A stretch of 62,389 nucleotides of DNA, filler included, from Chiloscyllium plagiosum (lineage: Eukaryota), in the NCBI RefSeq assembly GCF_004010195.1. It is 5 parts of one record of this genome, joined end to end, with 100 filler letters (N's around TTAATTAATTAA, not from the genome) between each part and the next. Parts side by side here need not be neighbours in the genome. Positions count along the whole stretch, not along the records: positions 1 to 26,206 come from NC_057711.1; 4 more parts are not named here. The stretch is one strand, 5' to 3'. Below the pieces are notes generated by a model, which saw only the letters and a list, made by a program, of their open reading frames with translations, ran no database searches and had not been told where the DNA came from. Shown here piece by piece: positions 1 through 11,309 of the stretch. The translations under genes were made by a program, and so were the position numbers. How positions within the stretch are numbered: the stretch's first letter is position 1; each line of letters begins with the position of its first letter.

Positions 1-278
1 CAGTCGCTTCAGTCTTTCAGTGTAAGGTAATCCCGCCATTCCAGGAATTGACCTCGTGAACCTACGCTGCATTCCCTCAATAGCCAGAATGTCTCTCCTC
101 AAATTTGGAGACCAGAACTGCACACAGTACTCCAGGTGTGGTCTCACCAGGGCCCTGTACAGCTGCAGAAGGACCTCTTTGCTTCTATACTCAATCCCTC
201 TTGTTATGAAGGCCAGCGTACTGTTAGCCTTCTTCACTACCTGATGTACCTGCATGCTTACCTTCATTGACTGGTGCT
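1..278 (-). mobile_element. CR1-clade LINE ORF2 (RT C-terminal) fragment
   Basis: Reverse strand encodes the CR1 motif LYRALVRPHLEYCVQFWSP. Confidence 0.9.
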
Positions 279-470
279 TAAAAATGTGTTGCTGGAAAAG
301 CGCAGCAGGTCAGGCAGCATCAAAGGAACAGGAGAATCGACGTTTCGGGTATAAGCCCTTCTTCAGGAATGGCTTATCATTCCTGAAGAAGGGCTTATGC
401 CCGAAACGTCGATTCTCCTGTTCCTTTGATGCTGCTTGACCTGCTGCGCTTTTCCAGCAACACATTTTTT
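279..470. mobile_element. Palindromic Penelope-like pLTR pair (Neptune-type family) with hammerhead cores on both strands
   Basis: Inverted copies of gctggaaaagcgcagcaggtcaggcagcatc...; cores at 339-366 (-) and 383-410 (+). Confidence 0.8.
383..410 (+). ncRNA. Minimal hammerhead ribozyme motif (PLE type)
   Basis: CTGAAGA-A-GGGC-TTAT-GCCC-GAAACGTC: conserved core, 4-bp stem II, palindromic ACGT in place of stem III; stem I is weak. Confidence 0.7.
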
Positions 471-471
471 A

Positions 472-835
472 AGCACCAGTCAATGAAGGTAAGCATGCAG
501 GTACATCAGGTAGTGAAGAAGGCTAACAGTACGCTGGCCTTCATAACAAGAGGGATTGGGTATAGAAGCAAAGATGAGGAGAAACTTCTTCACCCAGAGA
601 GTGGTGGCTGTGTGGAATGCTCTCTCCCAGAGGGCAGTGGAGGCCCAGTCTCTGGATTCATTTAAGAAAGAGTTGGATAGAGCTCTCAAGGATAGTGGAA
701 TCAAGGGTTATGGAGATAAGGCAGGAACAGGATACTGATTAAGGATGATCAGCCATGATCATATTGAATGGCGGTGCAGGCTTGAAGGGCAGAATGGCCT
801 ACTCCTGAACTATTGTCTATTGTCTATTGTCTATA
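472..835 (+). mobile_element. CR1 LINE 3' end with internal deletion
   Basis: MRRNFFTQRVVAVWNAL motif and (tattgtc)n tail. Confidence 0.9.
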
Positions 836-1563
836 GTTTATTTTCCTTCCGTTAAATCATTAATGCTTTACCTCTGAACTGCCTACTGAGATTTTCCTAC
901 TGTCTCATTGGTAAATGGATAATTTCCCACTTTTCATAGCCAAATAAACAATGATTATCCCTTTACAAGACCTTCCCAAATAAAGTTCCATGCCTGTAAA
1001 TTCTTCCCATTGAACCACAGTTTCATGTTCTTATCATGGTCTCGATATTCTCCTTATTAGCTTCTTCTGTTAAACTTTGTCTTGTTAAGCTGTGAAATTG
1101 CCCAATGTTTCCTTTGCTGCAACCTCATTTAAGTTACTTCTTTGGTACTTAGTTTCCTTACTATAGCTGTGTCTCATAGTGTCCATTTACAGTAGTGACA
1201 GCACTTGTGAACTCTAAATACCTCTTCTCAACTTCTTTGTCAGATCATTCTGTACCATTAAATTGATGTTTTTCACTTCCCTAACAGGGGCTTTTAACTT
1301 TACTCATGGAGTTCCAAAACCTGTTTGACTCCAAGATGAAGCTGTAATGAGGACTCTTCCTACAGATCCACATTTCCATGCGAAACCTGTAAGTGCCAAG
1401 TGGTTAACACCTGCTTCTACAATTCTCTTACCAGGGTCTAAAGTAAAATGCTTTAGGACTAAGTGCTGCTTCTCCCTTGTTGATCTTGCCATGCATTTCC
1501 CTGCAGGCTATTTGACTGATTAGCTGTAAATGTCTAATCCTGCTCTTGGAATTCTGGGGCCAA

Positions 1564-1785
1564 GAGTGTGGTGCTGGAAAAGCACAGCAGGTCAGGCAGC
1601 ATCCGAGGAGCTGGAAAAGCACAGCAGGTCAGGCAGCATCCGAGGAGTAGGAGAATCAACATTTCAAGCAAAAGCCCGTCAGCATTCCTGATTCTCCTGC
1701 TCTCCGGATGCTGCCTGACCTGCTGTGCTTTTCCAGCACCACACTGTCAACTCTGATCTCCAGCATCTTCGGTCCTCACATTTTC
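1564..1785. mobile_element. Palindromic PLE pLTR pair with internal 37-bp tandem duplication
   Basis: Inverted arms; 1573-1609 is repeated at 1610-1646. Confidence 0.75.
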
Positions 1786-1844
1786 CAATGGAAATCTCAC
1801 AATTGTTACCATTGTCAACGCTGATGCCCATCACTGCTATTATA

Positions 1845-2860
1845 TAGAATGTGAAGCTATCCAAAAATATGAGGTTGTCCACTTTGGTAGGAGGAACAGA
1901 TATGTTGAGAATTTCTTAAATGGGAAGAGATTAGAAAGTGTCCATGTATAAATGAACTTGACTGTCCTCTTCAATAAGTTACTGAAGGCTAACATGCAAG
2001 TCCAGTATGCAATTGGTAAACACACCTTTATCGCAAAACGATTTGAGGGCAGGAAAAGCAAAGTCGTACTTCCTACCTCGGAGTACTATGTGTAGTGCGT
2101 ACATTAGGAAGGACCTTTTGACACAGAGAGAGTGCAACAAGGTTAACCAGATTTGTTCCCAAGATGGTGGGACTACCCTATGAAGAGAGAATGGGGAAAC
2201 TGGGCATGTTATTGCTCAGGTTTTGAAGAATGAGAAGTGGTCCCATTGAAAATGACCAAATCCTTAAAGTGATTGATAAGGCAGATACAGCCGAGTGAGT
2301 TCTCTCCTGGGGGTGTCTAGAGCCAGGGAGGACAATTTAAAAATAAGGGGGAAGTAACTTTGGGGCTAAGATAAGGAATACCTTTGTTACTCAGATGGCT
2401 GCGAATCTTTGGAATTTTTTACCCCAGAATGCTGTGGAAGCCATCATTCAGTATAGTTCAAATAGAGAATGACTGATTTCTACTGACATACAGGGACATG
2501 GAGAGAGTGTGGGAAATGGCATTGTAAGTGGATGATCAGCCTTGACTGTAATGAATGGTGGAGCAGGCATGATGGGCTGAATGAGAGTCAAGATTAGAAT
2601 GGTGCTGGAAAAGCACAGCAGGTCAGGCAGCATCCGAGAAGCAGGAAAATTGACGTTTCAGGCAGGAGCCCTTCATCAGGAATGGTCCAGCGTCTATGTG
2701 GAATCAGTTGGTTGCAGAGGCAGGCACTGAGGAAGCAGATGTGGCTGTGGTAATGAGTCTGTCTGTGGTAATGAGGAAGCCACATCTGCTTCCTCGGTGC
2801 CTACCTCCATGATGGGCTGAATGGCCTACTCCTACTCCTTTGTTCCTATGGTACCATGCT
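1845..2860 (+). mobile_element. Decayed CR1 LINE 3' portion, interrupted by a PLE insertion
   Basis: CR1 ORF2 C-terminal and 3' UTR motifs (gggctgaatggcctactcct). Confidence 0.8.
2584..2807 (-). mobile_element. PLE pLTR plus probable ORF fragment with fold-back; 16-bp TSD
   Basis: TSD catgatgggctgaatg at 2568-2583 and 2808-2823; hammerhead core at 2652-2679 (-). Confidence 0.8.
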
Positions 2861-3404
2861 CCAATGCTGCAGTGCCACTCCCCCACTAGCTGTGGTCGGT
2901 TTAGTTTGCTACCACCTGATTCTTTTCTTGTCTAGTCCTCAGGGCTTCTTTGATTTACAGAGGAAATGAAAATCACGAGTGAATCTTAACAAGAAGCAAC
3001 TTTTGTCTTCATCAAAATGTAGTTTATTGCATGACAGAAATCAGTTATGTTTTACATTAGTAAGTTAGATATTGCTAGTAAGATTAATAGGAGACCTGTC
3101 AGTATGGGCCTTCACCATATGATATCTGCTTTATCCTGACTCAATGACACCATCCAATTGGATGGAGCTAAATGCCCCTGACATTAACCCTTTCAGAACC
3201 GTTAGCTACTGCAACATAATCCTTTGGTCTCCTCTTCAGGGCAGTTTGGAAACTTTGCTCTTGGTTTCATGAAGGACCACAAGCAATGAGATTAGCCAAA
3301 AGCAAAATCACATATTTGATTCCATGCTTTGAAGAAGTGACTAACTGAATAAATATAGGAAATAAGGCAAATGTGAACTACAAGGACAGATTAACAAGAG
3401 AGAA

Positions 3405-3550
3405 AAAAAACTTACACTTATCTAGCAGCTTTCACAAAGTTCAGGACATTCAGACGCCAATTAAATCCTTATTTGAAAGATTGTCAGTATTGCATTGGAA
3501 ATTCAGCAGCCAATTTGTAAACTGCAGAATCCCATGAACCAGAATGAAGT
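3405..3550 (-). mobile_element. SacSINE1/DeuSINE-like 3' fragment
   Basis: Resembles the recalled SacSINE1 tail (cagcagccaatttg...agaatccca); decayed. Confidence 0.5.
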
Positions 3551-3639
3551 ATCATTGGAATTTAAACTCCAGGATGGGCAGGATATATTGGGAAAGAAGG
3601 TGATAATTTGCCAAAAATGGGCAATCTGATTGTTAGAAT

Positions 3640-5035
3640 CACAGAATTCTCATTGTACAGAAGGCCAATCATCCCATTGTTATCTGTACTGGCACTGTCA
3701 CCTCGACCAGCTCTACTATCTTGTGCCAATCTCATGCCTTTTCCCAATATCCCTGCGCAACATTACTATCCAAAAAACATCCAATGCCATCTTGAATCTT
3801 CATTTGATCCTGCCTCTGCCATATTTCCAGGCAGCACATTGCATACCTTAACTACTTGCTGTGTGAAAGAGTTCTTTTCTCACAAGTGGAAACAGCTTCA
3901 CTCTATCTACTCTGTCCAGCCTGCTCATCATTTCGAAAAACTCAATCAGGTCTCCTCTCAGCCTTCTTCTCTTCAGGGAGAACAGTCCCAACTTCTTCAA
4001 TCTATCTTCATTGTTGAAGTTTCTCATTTTTAAAACCATTCTAGTAAATCACTTCTGCACTCTCCAATGCATCCACATCTTTCCTACAATGTAATGCCCA
4101 CAACCGTACATAATATTCCATGTGAGGTCTAACAAGTGTCTTATACAAGTTCAACATCATGTCCTGTTCTTGTACTCTGTGCCCCTATTGATAGAACTGT
4201 GAACATTGTATGCTTTATTTACTGCTCTCTCCACCTGCCCTGCCATCTTCATATGATCTCTATTCATATTCACCCACAATTCTCTTCAAAGCACACATTT
4301 TAGAATTGTAGCCCTCATTTTATTTGTCTTTCAGTGTTCCTCTATCCAAAGTGCACTGCCTCACACTTTGCTGTATTGAAGCTCATTTGACATCGATATG
4401 CCCACTCCACCAACTTATAAATGTCCTGTTGGGAGTTCCATACTATCCTCTTCACAGTTTACAATTCTTCCAAGTTTAGTGTTATCTGCAAACTTTGAAA
4501 AAGTCTGTCTGCACAGCAAGATCCAGTGGTTAATATATGACAGGAAAAGCAAAGTCACAATACCAACCCCTGAGGAGTTTCTTTACAACACATCTCCCAG
4601 CAAAGCATCCATTGACCATTACTCCCTCTCTTTCTATCAATCAATTAATTTAGTATTTATGTTGCCCCTTTATACCATGACCTACAACTTTCCTCATAAG
4701 TCTGTTGCGTGGTCCTGGATCAGATGCCTTCAGGCAATCCTTGTATACCACATCAACATCATAACCCTCATCAGCCCTCTTCATTACCTCTTGAAACACT
4801 CCAACAAACTAGATAAATATGGTTCCTCCTCTGGAAATCCATGCTGACTCTTCATAAGCTACCCACTCTTTCTTATGCGACTACTGATTCTACCTTGAAT
4901 AATTGTTTCCAAAACTATTGAAGCTAAACTAATTGGTGGTAATTCCTGGGATTAGCCTTGCGGCCATCTTTGAACAAGGCTGTTGGCAATTCTCCAGTCT
5001 TCCAGAGCCTGGGGAAGACTGAACTATTATGGACA
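3640..5035 (-). mobile_element. Decayed CR1 LINE ORF2 and 3' UTR
   Basis: EDRLKKLGLFSLKRRRLRGDLIE (ORF 3848-4039). Confidence 0.9.
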
Positions 5036-5456
5036 GAAAAGGCCTTGGTTTCACATCAGAACTGAAAAATGTACATCTGACAGTATAGTGTGTGCTAGTA
5101 AGATTATGTCTTCAAGCTGATTAAAAGCTGGATTTATATGAAATTTCAGATGCTGGAGAGCCACCAACAGTCATTCTCACTCTGTTGGTGAGAAGCAGAT
5201 ATAATGGCTGCAGCAATAAACACCCTCTGATTTTACTTCCTTGCTGGCAGGAACTTGACCTGCACTATTCAGCAGCTGAGAGGAACACTCACTCCACCTG
5301 TCAATGAGTTTCTTCTTTAAACATAGAAGCAAAAAAACAGGACTGGACAATTCAGCTCATTCAACCAATACCGCCATGCAATTAACTGCTGGCTGGTCTG
5401 TTTCTCAACTTCATTTACCATCCTGGTTTTATGACCCTTGAATCCTTATTTTAGCA

Positions 5457-6855
5457 GCTGAAAATGTGTTGCTGGAAAAGCGCAGCAGGTCTGGCAGCAT
5501 CCAAGGAGCACGAGAATCGACGTTTCGGGCATGAGCCCTTCTTCAGGAATGAGGAAAGTGTGTCCAGCAGGCTAAGATAAAAGGTAGGGAGGAGGGACTT
5601 GGGGGAGGGGCATTGCCAAGCAGTGGGCAAGACTCTCATTGGCAACAGTTCGATTTCCCCCATGTCTGATATCTGTAAGACCACTCTTCAAGTGCTGGGG
5701 AATGCAGAACTACAGAGCATGGAGGGAAGACTGAGATTCTGTTTTCCCTTCTTCCCTTCTGTTTCATACCTCACAAAGCTCTAGCTGATCAAGCATACAT
5801 CTGATGCAGAGGAAAAACCTGGTGACACAGCCAAGCAGGTGCCACTCCATTGTCGTGGCATTACACTCACATGTTTTGAATTTGTTTTTCCATAGACATG
5901 TTAGCATTCAAAAGACCACGGCCTTGAAATAGCTGCTTTCTGCATGATGTCAATGTATAATCACAGGAAATAACATTTTGTTGACAGCAAAATGGGGTGC
6001 AAGCTTTTTTTTCCACTCCAGGGTCAAATGCCCCCAAATTGCCTTGAACTTTTCGCCATTGCTTAATGCAGCTGCCTGGTTCTGAGTGAGTTGATTTCCA
6101 CACATCATTGTGAAGGCCAACCAGGCTGCAATTCTGAGTTTCCAACTTTTGCACACACACTACAGCTCAAACTAAACAAGTCACACTAAGAGTTATAACC
6201 TGCGGATTATCTGCAAAAACATGAGGAAGTGAAGAGCTTTAACCTTAAACTCTGTGAATCTCATTGCTAGCAATTTGTGTCACTAAGGCAGATTCTTTGA
6301 AGCAAGTTTTTCTTAGGCATTCTGTCTACCCAGCCATATACTGCTTTTCCATGTCATCTGACAGTGTGAAATGACTGGGTACTTTTCATGCACATTAAGT
6401 ACATTTTAGCGCAAAAGTGTTATTTTCGTGGTTATACCATTTATCATTCTGAATGGAGGAAATGAGTCACAGGATGGTGCAAGTGAGGCAGGCAGCAGTC
6501 AAGGTGGTTTCACTTCTATCATAAGGAAAATCAGGTCATGGGAGGACTAGTTGGAGAAGATGTTTGAAAGAGGAGGTGCAGTTTCGGATCTCTATCCATT
6601 CCTGCATGTGTACCTCAACCAGTCCGAAGGAGAGTATGTGTTAATCTGGTCTATAAACAATAATTCTGTACCAAATTGCAGATTGATAGCAATACTTGAT
6701 TGTAAACACAGTCACTGTGTTTCCTCATTCCTGAAGAAGGGCTTATGCCCAAAACGTCGATTCTCCTGTTCCTTGGATGCTGCCTGACCTGCTGCGCTTT
6801 TCCAGCAACACATTTTCAGCTCTGATCTCCAGCATCTGCAGTCCTCACTTTCTCC
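5457..6855. mobile_element. Composite PLE insertion: inverted pLTR, about 1.1 kb unrelated sequence, direct pLTR; 14-bp TSD
   Basis: tccttattttagca at 5443-5456 and 6856-6869; pLTRs at about 5457-5614 (-) and 6720-6855 (+). Confidence 0.75.
5519..5546 (-). ncRNA. Minimal hammerhead ribozyme motif
   Basis: Reverse complement reads CTGAAGA-A-GGGC-TCAT-GCCC-GAAACGTC. Confidence 0.7.
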
Positions 6856-7374
6856 TCCTTATTTTAGCATACAAAGGTGAGAATGTAAATACGAGGTGGT
6901 GCAGATCAGTGACAAAATTGTTGTTTTATCTAAAGGCCTTTTTGAAAAATATTTAGTCACAAAAGTGGGCATTACCGGCAATGTCACTGTTCATTGCCAA
7001 TTCCAAGTTGCCATCCCTCCTTGAATACAACTAGATAATTTGTCATTTTACACGGCAGTTAAGGGTCAGGCACTGGGGTGTGAGTTTGTGTTCCCTTATA
7101 GGCTAACGGCAGGTAAGGACTACATATTCTCTTTCTTAAAGGATATTACTAAATCTGGTGAGTTTTCTGGAAACCCAGTTACTGCATGATCACCATTGCT
7201 GATACTGGCTTTTTCCTACCACATCTAATTAATTAGTTTAACTTAAATTCTTCAGTTGCTTAGGTAGGATTGAACTCCAGGTCATTGGGCCTCTGAATCA
7301 CAAAGCTGCCATCCCACATTGTGGCTTTCCTATAAAGCCAACTTGGTGATCAGAATAGTTGGGTTTAGGAGGAG

Positions 7375-7828
7375 GTGATAGCCTAGTGGTGTTATTGCTG
7401 AACTGTTAATACAGAGATCCTGAGGACCAGGGTTCAAGTCGTATCATGGTGGAATTTGAATTCAATTTTTAAAAATCTGGAATTAAAACTCTGATGGTGA
7501 CCGTCGCCCAAGATAGAAATGGAAAGGTCTAGGAAGGGGAGGGAGGAGCCTGGAGGACCAGGGTTCAAGTCGTATCATGGTGGAATTTGAATTCAATTTT
7601 TAAAAATCTGGAATTAAAACTCTGATGGTGACCGTGAGTTGATTGTTTCAAAAACCCATCTGGTTCACTAATGTCCTTTAGGGAAGGAAACTGCCATCCC
7701 TCCCTAGCCCAACCTATATGTGATTCCAGACCCACAGCAATGTGATTGACTCTTAACTGCCCTGAGGGCAATAAATGCTGGTCTAGCCTGAGATGCCCAC
7801 ATCCTGTAAATGAATAAAAGGAAAAAAA
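7375..7828 (+). mobile_element. tRNA-derived SINE (Meta-SINE-like core); further copies at about 6950-7300 (-), 25565-25845 (+), 26905-27190 (+), 37715-38022 (-), 43330-43625 (-)
   Basis: A-box-like gcctagtgg, B-box-like ggttcaagtc, core ggttcactaatgtcctttagggaaggaaa, A-rich tail. Family name is from recall. Confidence 0.7.
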
Positions 7829-8714
7829 ATTCAGTTATCTGCATGTGGACCAAGACGAATCCTTGTCAGGAGTTAAAGATTGACAATTGGGATCATCTCC
7901 ACAAGAGCATGGACAGATGAGAGAAAATTTAATGCTTATATTGTTCATTTAATTATAAATGATTTTGACAGAGTGAATAAAGGAATATCATTTCCCCAGC
8001 ATGGGGAGTCACTGACGAGAGATGACCAATTTAAGAGAGAAAAGAGCTTGTGAAGCATGGAATATTTTGGTATAAGGGGTAATTGAGAGAGACAGAAAAA
8101 GAGAGTTGCATATTAAATATGTAGGCAGGCACAAGCTTTGTGGAGGTAGCAGGGAGTGAGATCAGTTTTAGTTTGCTTGATCAAGAAGCAGTCGGTCTAT
8201 TGGCCCATTTAAATGTAATTTTGGAGTGCATTATTTCCCATTGTTGTATGCACATTTTTGTATTGTAAAATAACAGACTTGTTTCCAGCTCTTTCTCACT
8301 TGTAACAAGTAAATTTGGCAGTGTGGATATTCAACTGGGGAATTCTCATGAAATATGGACAACAGCAGTCCTCTTGGAAGTACAATACAGGCAGGTGCAG
8401 CTACACCTCAGGCACTATTTGACAGAAAAATATGTGTAGGCCTTTCCTTACAGAAAGGAGGCATTATCTCAGTAGAGCACAAAACTTCGATTTTTTTAAA
8501 ATCCATTTTCAGGACACAGCTGTTGCTGCTCAGTTTGCTATTTATTGTCTATCCCTGTTGCCCTGAAAAGATGGTGGCAATTATGTGGATTGCAGTGGTT
8601 CCAGAAGGCAGCTCACCATCATCACAAGGGCAATTAGGGACAGGCAATACATTGCTGGCCAGTCAGTGATGCCCATATCCCATGAGTAAATTAAAAGAAT
8701 TTCAGAGAGCAATT

Positions 8715-9545
8715 AGAATGATGGAATTTTACAGTGTAGAAGAAGGTCATTAGGCCCATCGTGTCCATATGGCTTCCTGAAAGAGCTACACAGCTAGTCA
8801 CATTCTCCAGTTTTATTTCCATAGCCCTTTAAATTCATCACTTTCACATATATATCCAGCTCCCTTTTGAAAGCTCCAATGGAATCCTAGGCAGCATATT
8901 GCAAATCCTAACAATTCTCTGATTAAAGAAATTACTCCCCATCTCACTCCGAGCTCTCTTGCTGACAATCTTGAAATTGAGAAACCCTCGCTGCTGACAT
9001 ACAAACTAATCAAAATAGAATATTCTTCTTTACCCTGCCAAAATTGTCATAATTTTGAACACTTCCATTAGGTCACTTGTTAAACTTCTCTGCTCCAAGG
9101 AGAATAAGCCCAATCTCTCTAACCTTTCCTTGTATCTAAAAGTCCCTCATTCCTGATATCTTTCTAGTAAATCCCCTTTGCACTCTCTCCAGGGCTTTAC
9201 CATCGTTATTTAAATAAGGTGCCCAGAATTGAACACAATACTCTACTGTTTCTACCCTACTGTTGTTAGAATACTGAATCGACTCATAAACTCTTAGCAT
9301 TCACTGTACCTGTGTTTATGTTTTTGCTGCTGTTTACGTATTATTTGCTTCTCGGTGCTATTTAACTATGTGATCTGCCTGTATTGCTTGCAAGACAAAA
9401 GCTTTTCACTGTGCCTCGGTACACGTGATAATAAATTAAATCCAAATTCAAATACTCTAAATATAGTCTGATGAATGATTTGTAAAGATGTAGTATTACC
9501 GCCTTGCTTTTATACTATATACCTCTGTTTATAAACTTATATATT
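8715..9545 (-). mobile_element. Decayed CR1 LINE 3' portion
   Basis: Reverse-strand EYCVQFW and RLERLGLFSLEQRSL motifs. Confidence 0.8.
9246..9450 (+). mobile_element. Rex1/Babar-like LINE 3' end with 9-bp TSD; related tails at about 9905-10110 and 13915-14230
   Basis: TSD aatactcta at 9237-9245 and 9451-9459; shared tail aagcttttcactgtgcctcggtacacgtga-aataaa plus pentamer repeats. Confidence 0.6.
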
Positions 9546-9697
9546 TGTAAATTAAGCATCAGCCTAAATGAGCTGCCACAACTGAGATCATTAACAGTTC
9601 AAGCCATGTAGGGATGGCAAGTTTCCTTCTCTAAAGAACATCAGAGAGATAACTAGATTTACACAGAAATCTAGGGCAAATTACAGCTGGAATCTGT

Positions 9698-9872
9698 ACT
9701 GAAAACAACATGTGCTGGAGATTGCAACGGGTCAGGCAGCATCGAAATGAGAGAGCAAGCTAACATTTCGAGCTAATGTAACTGTAGTCTTCTAGACTCG
9801 AAATGTTAGCTTGCTCTCTCTCTCTCTCTCCATGGATGTTGTCTGACTCACTGTGATCTCCAGCATTGTATT
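9698..9872. mobile_element. Older palindromic PLE pLTR pair (second subfamily)
   Basis: Inverted arms gagagagcaagctaacatttcgag / ctcgaaatgttagcttgctctctc. Confidence 0.7.
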
Positions 9873-10284
9873 TGGCAATCTGATAGCTTCATTTTTACTG
9901 ATACTGAGGCCTGGCGCGGTCTGGAGGCAAGGCCCAGTACGCTCTGCTTGAAAGACTGTAACGTTGAACTTTTTATTTCTTTATTTTTCTAATTTATTCC
10001 TGAGATCCTATACCGAGGTACCTTTGTACCTAAGATGGTGCTGTAATAGGCAACTTGGTAAACCTTTCACGGCACTTGTGTGTACATGTGACAATAAACC
10101 GAATTCTAATTCTATCTTCGGATTTCCTGAACGGAATCTAAAATCTTAAACTGCCATGCTGAGACTCTGAGCTGCATCATCTTGAATTATTGGTCCAGGT
10201 CTCTGGATAATTGGTCCAGTAACATAACATATATTGCAGTCAGTTTTTTTGTGAAGAATCCTCTGAGGACTAATACTTGTGTAG

Positions 10285-10670
10285 GAGCAAATTTCTTGGT
10301 ATTTTACGACTTTTTGGACTTAATACTGAGTTCAACACCTTCACATTGGGAACCTATTCCCATTCCTTTCCTTTCTTTGAGCTTTACTTGTTACATTCTC
10401 CGTCACCATGTTCTTCTGTCCCCTTCCCCACACTCCAGTCGGACTGTCTATTCTTTCCAGTCTGGCAGTTAGACACATCTTTATTCTGCCATTCTCACAT
10501 TCCAATCACTTAATGTGCACTATCTGCACCCTTTCTCGCCTAACACCCCACCCCATCCCCTATCTACTGCATCTACCATTTCACGTCAGCTCAGATGAGG
10601 AATCATGTAGACACGATACATTAGCTTGCTTTCTCTCCGTGGATGCTGCCTGACCCGTTGTGGTCTCCAC
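10285..10670 (+). mobile_element. Decayed Neptune-type PLE 3' end and pLTR
   Basis: GLNTEFNTF-like terminus, pyrimidine-rich UTR, degenerate hammerhead, gatgctgcctgacc tail. Confidence 0.65.
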
Positions 10671-10679
10671 TAATGGGGA

Positions 10680-10995
10680 GGTATGGTGGCTCAGTGATTG
10701 GTTCTGCTGCCTCACAGCGTCAGGGATCTGGGTTCGATTCCCGTCTCGGACAACTGGCTGTGTGGAGTTCGCACATTCTCTCCGTGTCTGCATGGGTTTC
10801 TCCAGTTAACTCCCACAATCCAAAGATGTGCAGGTCAGGTGAATTGACCGTGCTGTATTGCCCATAGTGTTAGGTGCATTAGTCAGGGGTAAATCTAGGG
10901 GAGGGGAATGGGTCTGGGTGGGTTATTCTTTGGAGGGTCGGTGTGGACTTGTTCGGACGAAGGGCCTGTTTTCATACTGTAGGGAATCAAATTAA
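10680..10995 (+). mobile_element. HE1-type (V-SINE) SINE
   Basis: tRNA head ggtggctcagtg...gggttcgattcc, V-domain gtgtggagtt-gcacattctc, CR1-like tail. Confidence 0.9.
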
Positions 10996-11162
10996 TACTT
11001 GTAGCCCTGGACAAATCATGACCTCACAGATCCCAGCTGTAGAGTAAAAACACCTTTCAGAAAGATTTGTGGAAACTGCTTAATTATATTACCCGACATG
11101 GTCTGAGACAAATTGAAATAGAATTTCTTGACTGATAAGACAGTCCCTGCATACCTCATATC

Positions 11163-11280
11163 AGGCTCTGATGAAGGATCACTGGACACAAAGCATTAAC
11201 TCTGTCTTTCTCCCTCCAAGATGCAGAGTTTCTCCAGCACTTTCTGTCTTTGTTTCCGATCTGTAACTCTTTGTTTTACA
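11163..11280 (+). mobile_element. Solo PLE pLTR starting at a degenerate hammerhead core
   Basis: ctctgatgaaggatcactggac...ttaactctg followed by the tail. Confidence 0.6.
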
Positions 11281-11309
11281 CCAGCCCAGCGAACCTTCTG
11301 TGCTTCAAA

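Noticed and set aside
279..470. Rho-independent terminators or DNA-transposon MITEs as the explanation for the hairpins
   Set aside because: The sequence is eukaryotic, and long variable TSDs, asymmetric tails and linkage to PLE ORF fragments fit Penelope-type retro-insertions better.
1288..1388. Plus-strand exon-like segment with an in-frame TGA (selenoprotein idea)
   Set aside because: Stops occur in all three frames, with no recognisable protein or SECIS; at most a non-coding exon.
10680..10760. tRNA genes at HE1 and other SINE heads
   Set aside because: A/B boxes run directly into SINE bodies and no complete cloverleaf is evident.
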